From contig CAYOCD010000002.1 in the NCBI GenBank assembly GCA_964402425.1, positions 27,612 through 91,611 of the forward strand: 64,000 nt of DNA, read 5' to 3'. The position numbers and the translations under genes were made by a program. This DNA comes from an uncultured Gammaproteobacteria bacterium (lineage in GTDB: Bacteria; Patescibacteriota; Patescibacteriia; UBA9934; GWF2-40-263). Positions 9,872 through 18,999 of the stretch are shown one piece after another (position 1 is the first letter of the stretch; every line of letters starts with the position of its first letter). Below the pieces are notes generated by a model. It searched no databases and was not told the origin of the DNA. It saw only the letters and a program-made list of their open reading frames with translations.

Positions 9872-10828
9872 ATGCATGAAGAACTTCAACAATTGCTCGG
9901 TGACCGTTTTAAGGAAAACGAACCTATGAGTAAACACACGAATTTTCGTATTGGCGGGCCTGCCAAGTATTTTGTGGAAGTAAAATCCGTAGAAGAACTT
10001 CAGAAAGTTTTGTCTATTGCGGATTCGAATTCATTTCGTACATGCATTCTTGGTGGAGGCTCGAATATGCTTGTGTCTGATCAGGGTTTTGATGGTGTGA
10101 TGATCAAGATTGCTATGCGTGAAATGAGTATTGATAAAAATCGTGTTCATGCAGATTCTGGTGTGCCAATGATCTTGCTTGCAAGAAAAGTTGGTGAAGC
10201 TGGTCTTGCGGGACTTGAATGGGCGATTACATTGCCAGGTACGGTCGGTGGGGCGGTGAGAGGAAACGCTGGGTGCTATGGGGGGGAAACAAAAGATTAT
10301 TTAGTCGAAGCTGTTGTTTTGTCGGAGGGAAAGGTTGTGACGCGCTCGAATGAAGAGTTGAGGTTCGGGTATCGTGAATCTTTAATCAAGCATTCGCCAG
10401 ATATTATTTTGTCCGCAATATTCGAACTTCCATCTGGGGATCGAGAAATGATAAAGCAAACAATGGAATCAAATTTGTTGAAGCGTAAGGTGGCGCAGCC
10501 AACAGATGCTGGCTCGGCTGGATGTATGTTTAAGAATTTTGACATCTCTTCTGATGAAGAATTGGATCAAATCAAAACAAAACTCGAACTCACTCCAGTG
10601 ATGATCGCTTCGCGCCGTATATCCGTCGGTTGGCTTATCGATCAACTTGATTTGAAAGGTTTTGAAATGGGTGGAGCAAAAGTGAGCGAAAAACACGGGA
10701 ATTTTCTTGTAAATTCTGGAAATGCAACCGCAGATGAAATTGTGCAATTGATCGCCGTGATAAAAACGCGCGCCAGAGACACGTATGGTATAATTTTACA
10801 GGAGGAAGTTCAGTACGTAGGTTTCTAA
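9872..10828 (+). CDS. murB: UDP-N-acetylenolpyruvoylglucosamine reductase
   Basis: Motifs ENEPMSKHTNFRIGGPA (FAD-binding N-terminus), ILGGGSN, GLEWAITLPGTVGGAVRGNAGCYG, AGSAGCMFKN. Confidence 0.85.
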   Translation: MHEELQQLLGDRFKENEPMSKHTNFRIGGPAKYFVEVKSVEELQKVLSIADSNSFRTCILGGGSNMLVSDQGFDGVMIKIAMREMSIDKNRVHADSGVPMILLARKVGEAGLAGLEWAITLPGTVGGAVRGNAGCYGGETKDYLVEAVVLSEGKVVTRSNEELRFGYRESLIKHSPDIILSAIFELPSGDREMIKQTMESNLLKRKVAQPTDAGSAGCMFKNFDISSDEELDQIKTKLELTPVMIASRRISVGWLIDQLDLKGFEMGGAKVSEKHGNFLVNSGNATADEIVQLIAVIKTRARDTYGIILQEEVQYVGF

Positions 10829-10922
10829 TTATTGTCTGTGTCATCCTGATGGAGTACGACGACAGAAGGATCTCATTATAGTCGCGAGATTCTTCGCTCC
10901 GCTCAGAATGACATAAAAAAAT

Positions 10923-11267
10923 ATGAAAATCTCATCGATTCTCGGAACCAACATGGATCTTACAGAGGCTATCAAGATGTATGTAGAGGAACGTGTCGCT
11001 GCATTAGAAAAATTAACGTCAAGTTTTGAAGAGTCTGCTGAGCTGCGTGCAGAATTAGGAAAAACATCCCAACATCACACAAGCGGACCATTCTTTTTTG
11101 TTGAATTTCATCTTGATGCTCCCGGAACAACTTTGAATGCAAAAGCAGAAGGGGAGGATTTGTATGCTATTATTGATGAGGTGCGAGATGACCTGAAAAG
11201 ACAATTAGTAGATTATAAAGAAAGAAATATTGATCAAAATCGTGGCCCAAGACCAGGAAAAGAGTAA
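10923..11267 (+). CDS. hpf: ribosome hibernation promoting factor (HPF/YvyD/RaiA family)
   Basis: N-terminus KISSILGTNMDLTEAIKMYVEERVAALEKL and LYAIIDEVRDDLKRQL match the short-HPF family. It sits just upstream of secA, as yvyD does in Firmicutes. Confidence 0.75.
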   Translation: MKISSILGTNMDLTEAIKMYVEERVAALEKLTSSFEESAELRAELGKTSQHHTSGPFFFVEFHLDAPGTTLNAKAEGEDLYAIIDEVRDDLKRQLVDYKERNIDQNRGPRPGKE

Positions 11268-11331
11268 AAAAATGAGGCCTCTACGGAGGTCTCTTGATTT
11301 ATCAAAGCAAAACCAGCACACTATTGCGCAT

Positions 11332-14103
11332 ATGAGCAAAATTTTGAACATCCTTTTTGGAGATCCAAACAAGAAAGTGATTGCGGATCTGCGTAAAGAA
11401 GTTGAGCACATCAATAAACTTGAAGGTGAGATCAGCATGCTGTCAGATGTTGCCTTGAAGAACAAAACAATTGAATTTCGTGAAATGATCGCACAAGGCA
11501 GAAGTGTGGATAGTCTTTTGTATGAAGCATTTGCTGTTGTTCGTGAGGCGGCAAAGCGAACGTTGGGTCAACGTCATTTTGATGTTCAGCTCATGGGAGG
11601 AATTGTCATGTACCGAGGCATGATTGCGGAAATGCGTACAGGAGAAGGAAAAACATTGACATCGACTCTCGCTCTTTACGCAAATGCGCTTGAAGGAAAA
11701 GGATGTCACCTTGTGACCGTAAACGATTATCTCGCTCGTCGTGATGCGGTTTGGATGGGACAAATTTTTCATTTTCTTGGCATGTCGGTAGGAATCATTC
11801 AGCACGAAGGCGGGTTGATGTATGATCCTGAATTTAAACATCCTGAGCCGGTCGTAGTAGATGCAGAAACAATCCAAACAGAATCTTTTCATGTGCGTGA
11901 AGATTTTTTGCGACCCGTTGAAAGACGGGCTGCTTATGCCGCTGACATTACATACGGAACAAATAATCAATACGGATTCGATTATTTGCGCGACAACATG
12001 GCACCAACCATTCAAGATACGGTGATGCGTGGATTGCATTTTGCCATTGTTGATGAAATTGACTCTATTTTGATTGATGAAGCACGTACACCACTCATTA
12101 TTTCTGCGCCGGCAGAAAAATCAAATGAGTTGTATGTGCGATTTGCACAGATCACAAAAACATTGATTGAGAATGAAGATTACAACGTAGATGAAAAATT
12201 GCGCACAGCTGCGTTTACAGATGCTGGTGTTGAAAAAATCGAAAAATCTCTCGGAATCGAAAACCTTTATGCGGGAGGATCTGGAATGTTGTTTCAGAGA
12301 TTTGCAGATTCCGCCCTCAGAGCGCGCGCAAACTATCAAAAAGATGTTCATTACGTTGTGCAAAACAACGAAGTCCTTATTGTTGATGAGTTTACAGGTC
12401 GTCTCATGCAAGGCCGACGCTTCTCAGAAGGAATCCATCAAGCAATTGAAGCAAAAGAAGGTGTCACTATCCAAAACGAAAGCCAAACACTGGCCACCAT
12501 TACGTTCCAAAATTATTTCCGTATGTATACCAAGTTGTCTGGTATGACGGGAACGGCTGTTACAGAAGCGGAAGAATTTTCAAAAATTTATAAATTGGAA
12601 GTGATTGAGATCCCAACGAACCTTTCTGTTGCGCGTAAGGATTTGCCGGATCGTGTGTTCAAAAATGAACTCGGAAAATTTGAGGCGGTTATCCGTGAAA
12701 TCAAAGAGCGTCAAACAGCAGGGCAGCCCGTGCTTGTCGGAACAGCGTCGGTTGAAAAAAATGAATTGCTTTCAGAGTTGCTGACGAACGCTGGTGTAAA
12801 ACATGAAATATTGAACGCCAAAAACCATGCGCGTGAAGGAGAAATTATTGCTCAAGCCGGACGTGTTGGTGCTGTAACCGTTGCAACAAATATGGCTGGG
12901 CGTGGTGTGGACATTAAACTTGGAGGAAACCCAGGAACAAAAGAAGACGAAGCTCGCGTGCGTGAACTCGGTGGATTACACGTGCTCGGAACGGAACGTC
13001 ATGAATCTCGTCGTATTGATAACCAGTTACGTGGACGATCTGGCCGCCAAGGGGATCCTGGAACAACACAATTTTACGTTTCAATGGAAGATGATTTAAT
13101 GCGTATTTTCGGTTCAGATCGCGCAAAGGGCATCATGGATAAACTTGGGATCCCAGATGATATGCCGATTGAAAACGGCATGATCACAAGCTCAATTGAA
13201 AAAGCACAGGTACGTGTCGAAGGACACAACTTCGACATTCGTAAACATTTGCTTGAATACGATGATGTCTTGAATAAACATCGTGAAGTGATCTACGGTC
13301 GCCGACTTGAGGTTTTGGAGGCGTTTGATAAAGAACCAGAAACACTCAAAGAACGTATTCTTGATATTGTTGAGGGTGAAGTAGAGCAAATCGTTCTCTT
13401 TCATACGGGAGAAAAAGTTATTTCGCCAATACACAAGGCAGAAGGTACTGAAGATGTTGGTGCGGGGGATTGGAATACAAAAGAGATTATTGAGACAGTG
13501 AATACTATTGTCACACTTGATGCAGAATCAAAATCAAAACTTGAGTCCATTTCCATGGAACATTCACGAGATAAACAAGTGATCGCGGGAGCTCGCACAA
13601 AGATGATTGAAACAATCATGACCGTTGTGCGTGATGAATTAAGTAGTTTGCACGATTTGTTTGAGGTAAAAATGGATTTGTTTCACATTGAACGTGCAAC
13701 GCTTATTCGCAGTATTGATATGCTCTGGATTGAGCATCTTTCCGCGATGACCTCTTTGAGAACAGGAATCGGACTGCGTGGGTATGCACAACGTGACCCG
13801 CTCATTGAGTATAAGCGGGAAGGTTACGACATGTTTCAACAATTGCTCGCAGCCATTAACCAAGATGTTACATTCTCGTTCTTCAAATTCGCCCGCCACG
13901 CCGTGGACATGAAAGTTCAGGCGCAACTGAACGACTCACTCTTGAGTCGTTCAGGTGTTCAACTTGCGGGAGCAGAAACAACCTCGAATGAACATTCATC
14001 TGTTGCGAGTACATCGAGTGACGACAAAGTAGGAAGAAATGATCCGTGTCCATGTGGAAGCGGAAAGAAGTACAAGAAGTGTCATCTTATTGGAGGTGAA
14101 TAA
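11332..14103 (+). CDS. secA: preprotein translocase ATPase SecA
   Basis: ORF 11230..14103. SecA motifs: MRTGEGKTLT (Walker A), IVDEIDSILIDEARTPLIIS (DEAD-like), TNMAGRGVDIKLGG, and the C-terminal zinc finger CPCGSGKKYKKCH. The family N-terminus MSKILNILFGDPNKK starts at ATG 11332. Confidence 0.9.
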   Translation: MSKILNILFGDPNKKVIADLRKEVEHINKLEGEISMLSDVALKNKTIEFREMIAQGRSVDSLLYEAFAVVREAAKRTLGQRHFDVQLMGGIVMYRGMIAEMRTGEGKTLTSTLALYANALEGKGCHLVTVNDYLARRDAVWMGQIFHFLGMSVGIIQHEGGLMYDPEFKHPEPVVVDAETIQTESFHVREDFLRPVERRAAYAADITYGTNNQYGFDYLRDNMAPTIQDTVMRGLHFAIVDEIDSILIDEARTPLIISAPAEKSNELYVRFAQITKTLIENEDYNVDEKLRTAAFTDAGVEKIEKSLGIENLYAGGSGMLFQRFADSALRARANYQKDVHYVVQNNEVLIVDEFTGRLMQGRRFSEGIHQAIEAKEGVTIQNESQTLATITFQNYFRMYTKLSGMTGTAVTEAEEFSKIYKLEVIEIPTNLSVARKDLPDRVFKNELGKFEAVIREIKERQTAGQPVLVGTASVEKNELLSELLTNAGVKHEILNAKNHAREGEIIAQAGRVGAVTVATNMAGRGVDIKLGGNPGTKEDEARVRELGGLHVLGTERHESRRIDNQLRGRSGRQGDPGTTQFYVSMEDDLMRIFGSDRAKGIMDKLGIPDDMPIENGMITSSIEKAQVRVEGHNFDIRKHLLEYDDVLNKHREVIYGRRLEVLEAFDKEPETLKERILDIVEGEVEQIVLFHTGEKVISPIHKAEGTEDVGAGDWNTKEIIETVNTIVTLDAESKSKLESISMEHSRDKQVIAGARTKMIETIMTVVRDELSSLHDLFEVKMDLFHIERATLIRSIDMLWIEHLSAMTSLRTGIGLRGYAQRDPLIEYKREGYDMFQQLLAAINQDVTFSFFKFARHAVDMKVQAQLNDSLLSRSGVQLAGAETTSNEHSSVASTSSDDKVGRNDPCPCGSGKKYKKCHLIGGE

Positions 14104-14173
14104 AAGGCCAATGAATCAATAAAATCAATGCGTTCAGTGATTGCACAAGGACGGATTTGATTAGAAAATTTAC

Positions 14174-14205
14174 AACGACCTCATTTTGAGGTCGTTGTTT
14201 TGTAA
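14174..14205 (+). terminator. rho-independent terminator after secA (repeat copy T1)
   Basis: aacgacctc-atttt-gaggtcgtt hairpin followed by gttttgtaa. Confidence 0.6.
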
Positions 14206-14338
14206 TGATCCCTACCCACAAAGTTGAGTAAGATAGAATATTGAAAAGAACGTTAAACAAATACTCAAATAGCTGTTATGATAAATATAGATAAGCCTGG
14301 GAAAGTGCTTTGTTTTTCCAAATATTTTATAAAAAACT

Positions 14339-14983
14339 ATGACTCGTTCTGAACTCATTGCAAAAAAAATAAATATACAAATTCAAGAATGGAGCCAGAA
14401 CAATGAAAAATTGGTTGTGGCTATTGATGGATATGCAGGGTCTGGAAAAACGACCATTGCTGATTTTATTGGTGTACAAAATTCAAACGTCCTTGTTGTT
14501 CATCTTGATGATTTCATTAAACACTGGAAAACACGAAAGTTGTTGATGAAACATGCTGTAAACAAATCGAACGTGTTTGAATATGAGTGGTATCGATATT
14601 TGGAAGTAGAAAAATTGATTCGAAATTTTAAACGAAGAAAACAAGGAGTTATAAAATTAAAGACATACAATTTCGACAAAAATAATTTTGATCCAAAACG
14701 CGCTTTTGATCTTTCAAAAAAGATTCTCGTTATTGATGGCGTATTTCTCATGCACCCTAAACACAATGTTAGTACATTGTGTAATAAAACAATTTATCTT
14801 GATGTTGAATTTGAAACGGCTGATAAAAAAAGAATCGCTCGTGAAAAAAAGCGATGGGGAGAGCATTACTTACCAGAAGACCACCCAGATAATTGGATTC
14901 AATATTTTAAAATTGCTTACAGAGCGTATATAAATAAATATAAACCAGAAAAGCATGCGGATCTTGTGTTTAGGATTGATTAG
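14339..14983 (+). CDS. P-loop kinase, uridine kinase/PRK-like family
   Basis: Walker A VVAIDGYAGSGKTTIADFIG, then VHLDDF and ILVIDGVFLM (Walker B-like hydrophobic strand plus Asp). 214 aa. Confidence 0.5.
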   Translation: MTRSELIAKKINIQIQEWSQNNEKLVVAIDGYAGSGKTTIADFIGVQNSNVLVVHLDDFIKHWKTRKLLMKHAVNKSNVFEYEWYRYLEVEKLIRNFKRRKQGVIKLKTYNFDKNNFDPKRAFDLSKKILVIDGVFLMHPKHNVSTLCNKTIYLDVEFETADKKRIAREKKRWGEHYLPEDHPDNWIQYFKIAYRAYINKYKPEKHADLVFRID

Positions 14984-15026
14984 AATTAATCTTATTTTTA
15001 AGATAGTATGAAGATTTTTTTAATAA

Positions 15027-15102
15027 CTTCAAGAAGTGGCCATGGAGCGTAAAGAAATATCAAACAACGATCTCATCCGGGGTCGTTGTTTTGTAACGAT
15101 TC
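15027..15102. repeat. intergenic repeat unit (R2 plus terminator-like T1')
   Basis: cttcaagaagtggccatggagcgtaaa is identical at 18921-18947. The downstream acaacgatctcatccggggtcgttgttttgtaacgattc is about 85% identical to 14172-14211 and keeps the hairpin through a compensating G-U pair. Confidence 0.55.
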
Positions 15103-15244
15103 TTATTCGCACAAGAATCGTTCATGTAAGACATGTGATCAGTTGACAAAATCATTAAAATCTATCAAGTCCAATTTGGATAATTTCTACTCAACGGCTG
15201 GATGAAATTATTTTCACTGTTATTTACAATTTAGGAGATTTAAC

Positions 15245-15922
15245 ATGTATACAGGAAAATGCTCAATCATTATCCCAGCACACAATGAAGAGGCGACGAT
15301 CAGAAACTGTTGCCTGCGATTTGCTGATCACGTCAGTGTTTCTGAAGTAATTGTGGTCGCAAATTCTTGCAGCGATATGACATATCAAGAAGCTCTTGCT
15401 GGTAAAGCCGTGGTAATTCAAACGAACTACAAGGGGAAAGGCAGAGCAATTAAAATAGGTCTTATACAAGCAAAAGAAGAAATCGTTTTGCTTTTTGATG
15501 GTGATATTAAGAATCCATCTGCTATTTTCACAGAGATACTACTCTCTGGATTGACCTCGAAGGAAGTTGGTTTGGTAAAAGGTGTATTTGATCGAAGTGA
15601 ACAACCCGGTCCTGTCACTGACATGTTAGTGAAACCAGTGCTTGAGATTGCCAATCATCCGGCCAAAGTGATTTCGCAGCCATTGTCCGGTATGGTAGCT
15701 GTTAGACGTGATTTCGCTAGGAGTATCGATATGCCAGATGACTTTGGAGTCGAATTAAGTATGTTGCTTGCGGCATATGAAAAAAAATTGCAGGTTGTAG
15801 AGGTATCACTGCCAAAAATAGAGCACAGACAAAGACCCTGGAGTCACTATATGGCAATGGCTGTCGAAGTCGCTGAAACATTTAAGCGTTTTCAAATAAT
15901 CAATACACACGAGGGGTTATAA
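15245..15922 (+). CDS. glycosyltransferase family 2
   Basis: N-terminus CSIIIPAHNEEATI and a DGD motif (LLFDGDIKN), 225 aa. A strong SD AGGAG lies 8 nt upstream. Confidence 0.7.
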   Translation: MYTGKCSIIIPAHNEEATIRNCCLRFADHVSVSEVIVVANSCSDMTYQEALAGKAVVIQTNYKGKGRAIKIGLIQAKEEIVLLFDGDIKNPSAIFTEILLSGLTSKEVGLVKGVFDRSEQPGPVTDMLVKPVLEIANHPAKVISQPLSGMVAVRRDFARSIDMPDDFGVELSMLLAAYEKKLQVVEVSLPKIEHRQRPWSHYMAMAVEVAETFKRFQIINTHEGL

Positions 15923-15923
15923 C

Positions 15924-17210
15924 ATGTTACGAATTCAAATGATTTGCGGTGAATTAGCCCCGTATCGTTGCCATGGCGGTTTGGGTATTGCAGCAGAAAA
16001 TTTATGTGCACAACTCGTCTCGCTTGGTGCTAGTACTGAAGTATTTTTCCCATTGTTGGAAGGGAGTAAATCCGTTCACAGCAATACGTCTGGATTAAAT
16101 CCTTTTCCGATTGATATGCCATTCGATATGGCCAATCAACTTGATAGTGAATTAGCTCCGGGCTTGACTCATTTTTGCCAAAAGGCATTAAGATCAATGG
16201 ATCGAAATTCAAACACATGTTTTGTTGCTCACGACAATGAGGCTGCGGTAAGTGTAGTTTTTGGTAAGGAGCAGGGTAGACAATCTATTTTTTGGATGCA
16301 TAGCCTTTATGATCATCCCGTAAGATTAGATTTCCCAAAATCAGTTCAACGATTGATGTCATCTGATTCGCTTCTAGCTTCTGCAATCAATGACTCATGT
16401 CTGTTTGTTACGAGCGGTGGTGTCTTGAAAGATGCGTTGTCTATCATCTGGCCTCAAAGGTTACGTGATACACAACGTGCGATTCAAGAAGCGCACGGAG
16501 CCGGCAAAATCGTCATTGTGGAATCGTTGGGGTTGCTAAAAGAGAGGTGTTTGCCAACTCAGAATTTGAATATAGCAAGAAAATACGGATTGACTGAAAA
16601 ACCGTTCGTTCTTTTTCCTTCGCGACCTGTCTTGAGTAAAGGAATTGGTTTTATTCAAACAGTTGCCAAAGTAATGCGAGATGAAAATCTCATGTTCGTC
16701 GCTGTTGGAAAACCATCGAATGAAATAAGAAGAATGTGTCCAAACATATCGTGGATTCCTTGGTTGGAGAAACACGAGCTGTTTGCGCTTATGGGTCAAG
16801 CATCAGTCATAGTGCACCCTAGCCTTACTGAAGGATATGGCTTGGCTGCTGCTGAATCAGCCAAATATAATAATAAGGTTCTTTGTCACCCAGTTGGTGG
16901 TTTGCATATTTTAACAGAACGAAATTTGGTAGACGAAGTTTCTATTACCAACGAAGAACTCAGTGGTTTGTATACACTTTGGAGTGACTTATTAACCACG
17001 CAAAACAATTCCGAAGCAGTTCGTGTGTGGCACGAACAATCCGCGAGTTTTAAAAAGCTTACGGACAAATGGATAGAAGCTCTTTCTAGAAAAGTACTTG
17101 AATGTGGTGGCTCGTCAGGAACAGATCAACAATACGGAGATGCGTCATGGAACAGTATAACTTGGGGCGAAACATTATTGACGGCAATCAACAAACTCCA
17201 ACCTTATTGA
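15924..17210 (+). CDS. GT-B fold glycosyltransferase (GT4/GT5-like, retaining)
   Basis: N-terminal GGLG motif (RCHGGLGIAAEN) and C-terminal E-x7-E motif (HPSLTEGYGLAAAES). The start is 1 nt after the GT2 stop. Confidence 0.65.
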   Translation: MLRIQMICGELAPYRCHGGLGIAAENLCAQLVSLGASTEVFFPLLEGSKSVHSNTSGLNPFPIDMPFDMANQLDSELAPGLTHFCQKALRSMDRNSNTCFVAHDNEAAVSVVFGKEQGRQSIFWMHSLYDHPVRLDFPKSVQRLMSSDSLLASAINDSCLFVTSGGVLKDALSIIWPQRLRDTQRAIQEAHGAGKIVIVESLGLLKERCLPTQNLNIARKYGLTEKPFVLFPSRPVLSKGIGFIQTVAKVMRDENLMFVAVGKPSNEIRRMCPNISWIPWLEKHELFALMGQASVIVHPSLTEGYGLAAAESAKYNNKVLCHPVGGLHILTERNLVDEVSITNEELSGLYTLWSDLLTTQNNSEAVRVWHEQSASFKKLTDKWIEALSRKVLECGGSSGTDQQYGDASWNSITWGETLLTAINKLQPY

Positions 17211-17854
17211 TACTCTCACCACATCCCGATGACCTTGAATTGTCGTGTGGACTACTTTGTCATCAAGCAATGCTGCTTGGTTGGCGTGTTCTCGAGATAG
17301 TTTTAACAGATGGAGCGGCTGGCGGTATCGATTTAAGCTTATTTCATACTGATAAAATTCGTGAACTTCGAGTTGCAGAAGCGCGAAGGGGAGGTATGTT
17401 ACTCGGTGTCGAGGAAATTGAATTTTGGGGGTATGCAGATTCCAATTTGAATCAGGATCTGCAGTCAGTAATTTTATTGTTACAAGACAGGCTTAAATTC
17501 CTCTCTCCAACAGTCTTGGTTTTTCCTAGCATAAACGACACTCATCCTGATCATTTCGCTGCATACACTATTGTCATGTCAGTCCTCGAACAGTACAAAA
17601 AAGAGCTAGTAACTCTTCAATACTGTTTCTGGGGTAAGGATGATAATCAAAATATTATTCTTTCACATACATCTGGTGTGCAGGCGAAGGAGAGTGCAAT
17701 CAAAGAACATAAAACACAACCTATAGATAAGTATCTCAGTCGGTTGAATGAGGGAGAGAAAAAAATGAATGATTTCGAACGATACTTTAGTCCTAATCCT
17801 AACAAAACTATTTCGGTTTTGATAGACTATGGTTTCCGTATCAATCTCATCTAG
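17147..17854 (+). CDS. PIG-L/LmbE family N-acetylglucosaminyl deacetylase
   Basis: ORF 17102..17854. Carries the LLILSPHPDDLELSCG (PHPDDE) motif and a second metal motif NDTHPDHFAAY (HxDH). The start is placed at ATG 17147 by family N-terminal spacing, overlapping the upstream gene by 64 nt; 17102 is the alternative. Confidence 0.65.
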   Translation: MEQYNLGRNIIDGNQQTPTLLILSPHPDDLELSCGLLCHQAMLLGWRVLEIVLTDGAAGGIDLSLFHTDKIRELRVAEARRGGMLLGVEEIEFWGYADSNLNQDLQSVILLLQDRLKFLSPTVLVFPSINDTHPDHFAAYTIVMSVLEQYKKELVTLQYCFWGKDDNQNIILSHTSGVQAKESAIKEHKTQPIDKYLSRLNEGEKKMNDFERYFSPNPNKTISVLIDYGFRINLI

Positions 17855-17864
17855 AAACTTACGA

Positions 17865-17893
17865 GGTGTAACAACGAAAGTTACACCTTTTTT
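17865..17893 (+). terminator. rho-independent terminator between the convergent deacetylase and kinase genes
   Basis: ggtgtaac-aacgaaa-gttacacc hairpin plus ttttttatttt. Confidence 0.55.
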
Positions 17894-18786
17894 ATTTTCA
17901 ATCTTTGATGAAACAATCGTTTAGCGTCTTTTTTTGTTATAAATTTTGAGCCTTTATAGGCTAATGCTAATAATTTTATTGCCATGTCTTGATAATAAAT
18001 CTGCGCACGTTCATATATGTCTGAATCTGAAGTTGTTTGATAAAACGATAACACAGAACGAACAAAATTTTCACCATAAGAAAATAATGCCGCAAAATCT
18101 CTGGCTGGATCACTTATTATTGAATCGCTAAAGTCAATGATTCCAAGGCTGTTGCCAGTCTTTTTGTTCACAAAGACATTGTCGCTTGTTAAATCACCGT
18201 GTATGAGTGTTGGTTTAAAATCTTTTAACAGAAGTTTACGTCTTTTTAAGAAATTGACGACAGATATTTTTTCTCTTGATGTGATAAAAGTATCTATGAA
18301 TTTAACATCTGCAAAAATTTCCTTATTTTGTTTAGATACACTCGTATTTCGTACATGAGCTTTTAAAGCCAGCTCAATGGGTGTGTTGTGAATTTGAGAT
18401 AAAAATAGCGAAATGTTTTTTGCAAATTTTTTCTTTTCTGATGGGTTGAATTTTTTATACCTCGCTTCGCTCATGGGTGAGCCTGTTACAACCGAATAGA
18501 TAGCAGTTTTTGATTTTGCATCCTTATAAATTGGCTTAGGGATATCCGCATCTATAATGTTTTGCAAATAGGATAGTAAATTATAATCGACCAGCATCCG
18601 TTTTCTCGCATCATTATTTTTTGGTATTCGAGTGACGTATTTATTGTCCAGTAATAAAATATCATGATCCCAACCGGAGGAAATATGTTTTGATTTTTTC
18701 CACTCTAGATTTGGGAATATTTCATGAATATTCTCATTTAAGTTTTTTTGCATAAGAGAAACAGATATTACACGATTAACATACAA
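17881..18786 (-). CDS. aminoglycoside phosphotransferase (APH)/choline-kinase-like phosphotransferase
   Basis: Catalytic loop LIHGDLTSDNVFV and GIIDFSDSIISDPARDFAALF match the APH(3')-like HGDxxxxN and IDxxD...DLA motifs. The gene is very A+T-rich, and the start may be the internal Met at 18753. Confidence 0.6.
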   Translation of the reverse strand: MYVNRVISVSLMQKNLNENIHEIFPNLEWKKSKHISSGWDHDILLLDNKYVTRIPKNNDARKRMLVDYNLLSYLQNIIDADIPKPIYKDAKSKTAIYSVVTGSPMSEARYKKFNPSEKKKFAKNISLFLSQIHNTPIELALKAHVRNTSVSKQNKEIFADVKFIDTFITSREKISVVNFLKRRKLLLKDFKPTLIHGDLTSDNVFVNKKTGNSLGIIDFSDSIISDPARDFAALFSYGENFVRSVLSFYQTTSDSDIYERAQIYYQDMAIKLLALAYKGSKFITKKDAKRLFHQRLKIKKV

Positions 18787-18920
18787 TATTTTATATTATA
18801 CAACTTATTTGATTCATCGTATGCGATGAAAATAGGACTTGATTTGGATAGTTCTCGAATTTATCCATTAAGATAACATTAAACTTGTTTTGACCGAATA
18901 TCTTCTGGTAAAGTCGGCCA

Positions 18921-18990
18921 CTTCAAGAAGTGGCCATGGAGCGTAAATGAATTTAAACAAGGGTTTCAGTCTTGAGATCGTGTTTTATTT
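18921..18990. repeat. second copy of the intergenic repeat unit (R2 plus a degenerate T element)
   Basis: cttcaagaagtggccatggagcgtaaa is identical to 15027-15053. It is preceded by ggcca, which completes a perfect palindrome ggccacttcaagaagtggcc. The downstream part is a diverged version of the terminator-like element. Confidence 0.5.
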
Positions 18991-18999
18991 GGAATCGGC

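Larger units (their letters stand above)
14104..18990. other. A+T-rich accessory island bracketed by copies of a conserved intergenic element
   Basis: Base composition is visibly more A+T-rich than the flanking secA and NUDIX regions. A near-identical terminator-like element lies at 14172-14211 and 15064-15102, and a 27-bp exact repeat at 15027-15053 and 18921-18947. Confidence 0.45.

Noticed and set aside
10834-10914. Long-range complementary segments upstream of hpf (gtctgtgtcatcctga ... gctcagaatgacat), possible structured leader
   Set aside because: Imperfect pairing and no recognisable riboswitch core. Cannot be substantiated without a covariance search.
11230-11331. Longer secA start (MIKIVAQDQ...) overlapping the hpf 3' end
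   Set aside because: The conserved SecA N-terminus begins at MSKILNILFG (11332). The extension overlaps hpf and a hairpin.
15041-15142. Mini-ORF atggagcgtaaagaa... inside the repeat element (33 aa, and MERK-stop in the second copy)
   Set aside because: The second copy terminates after 4 codons. The repeat is better explained as a structured non-coding element.
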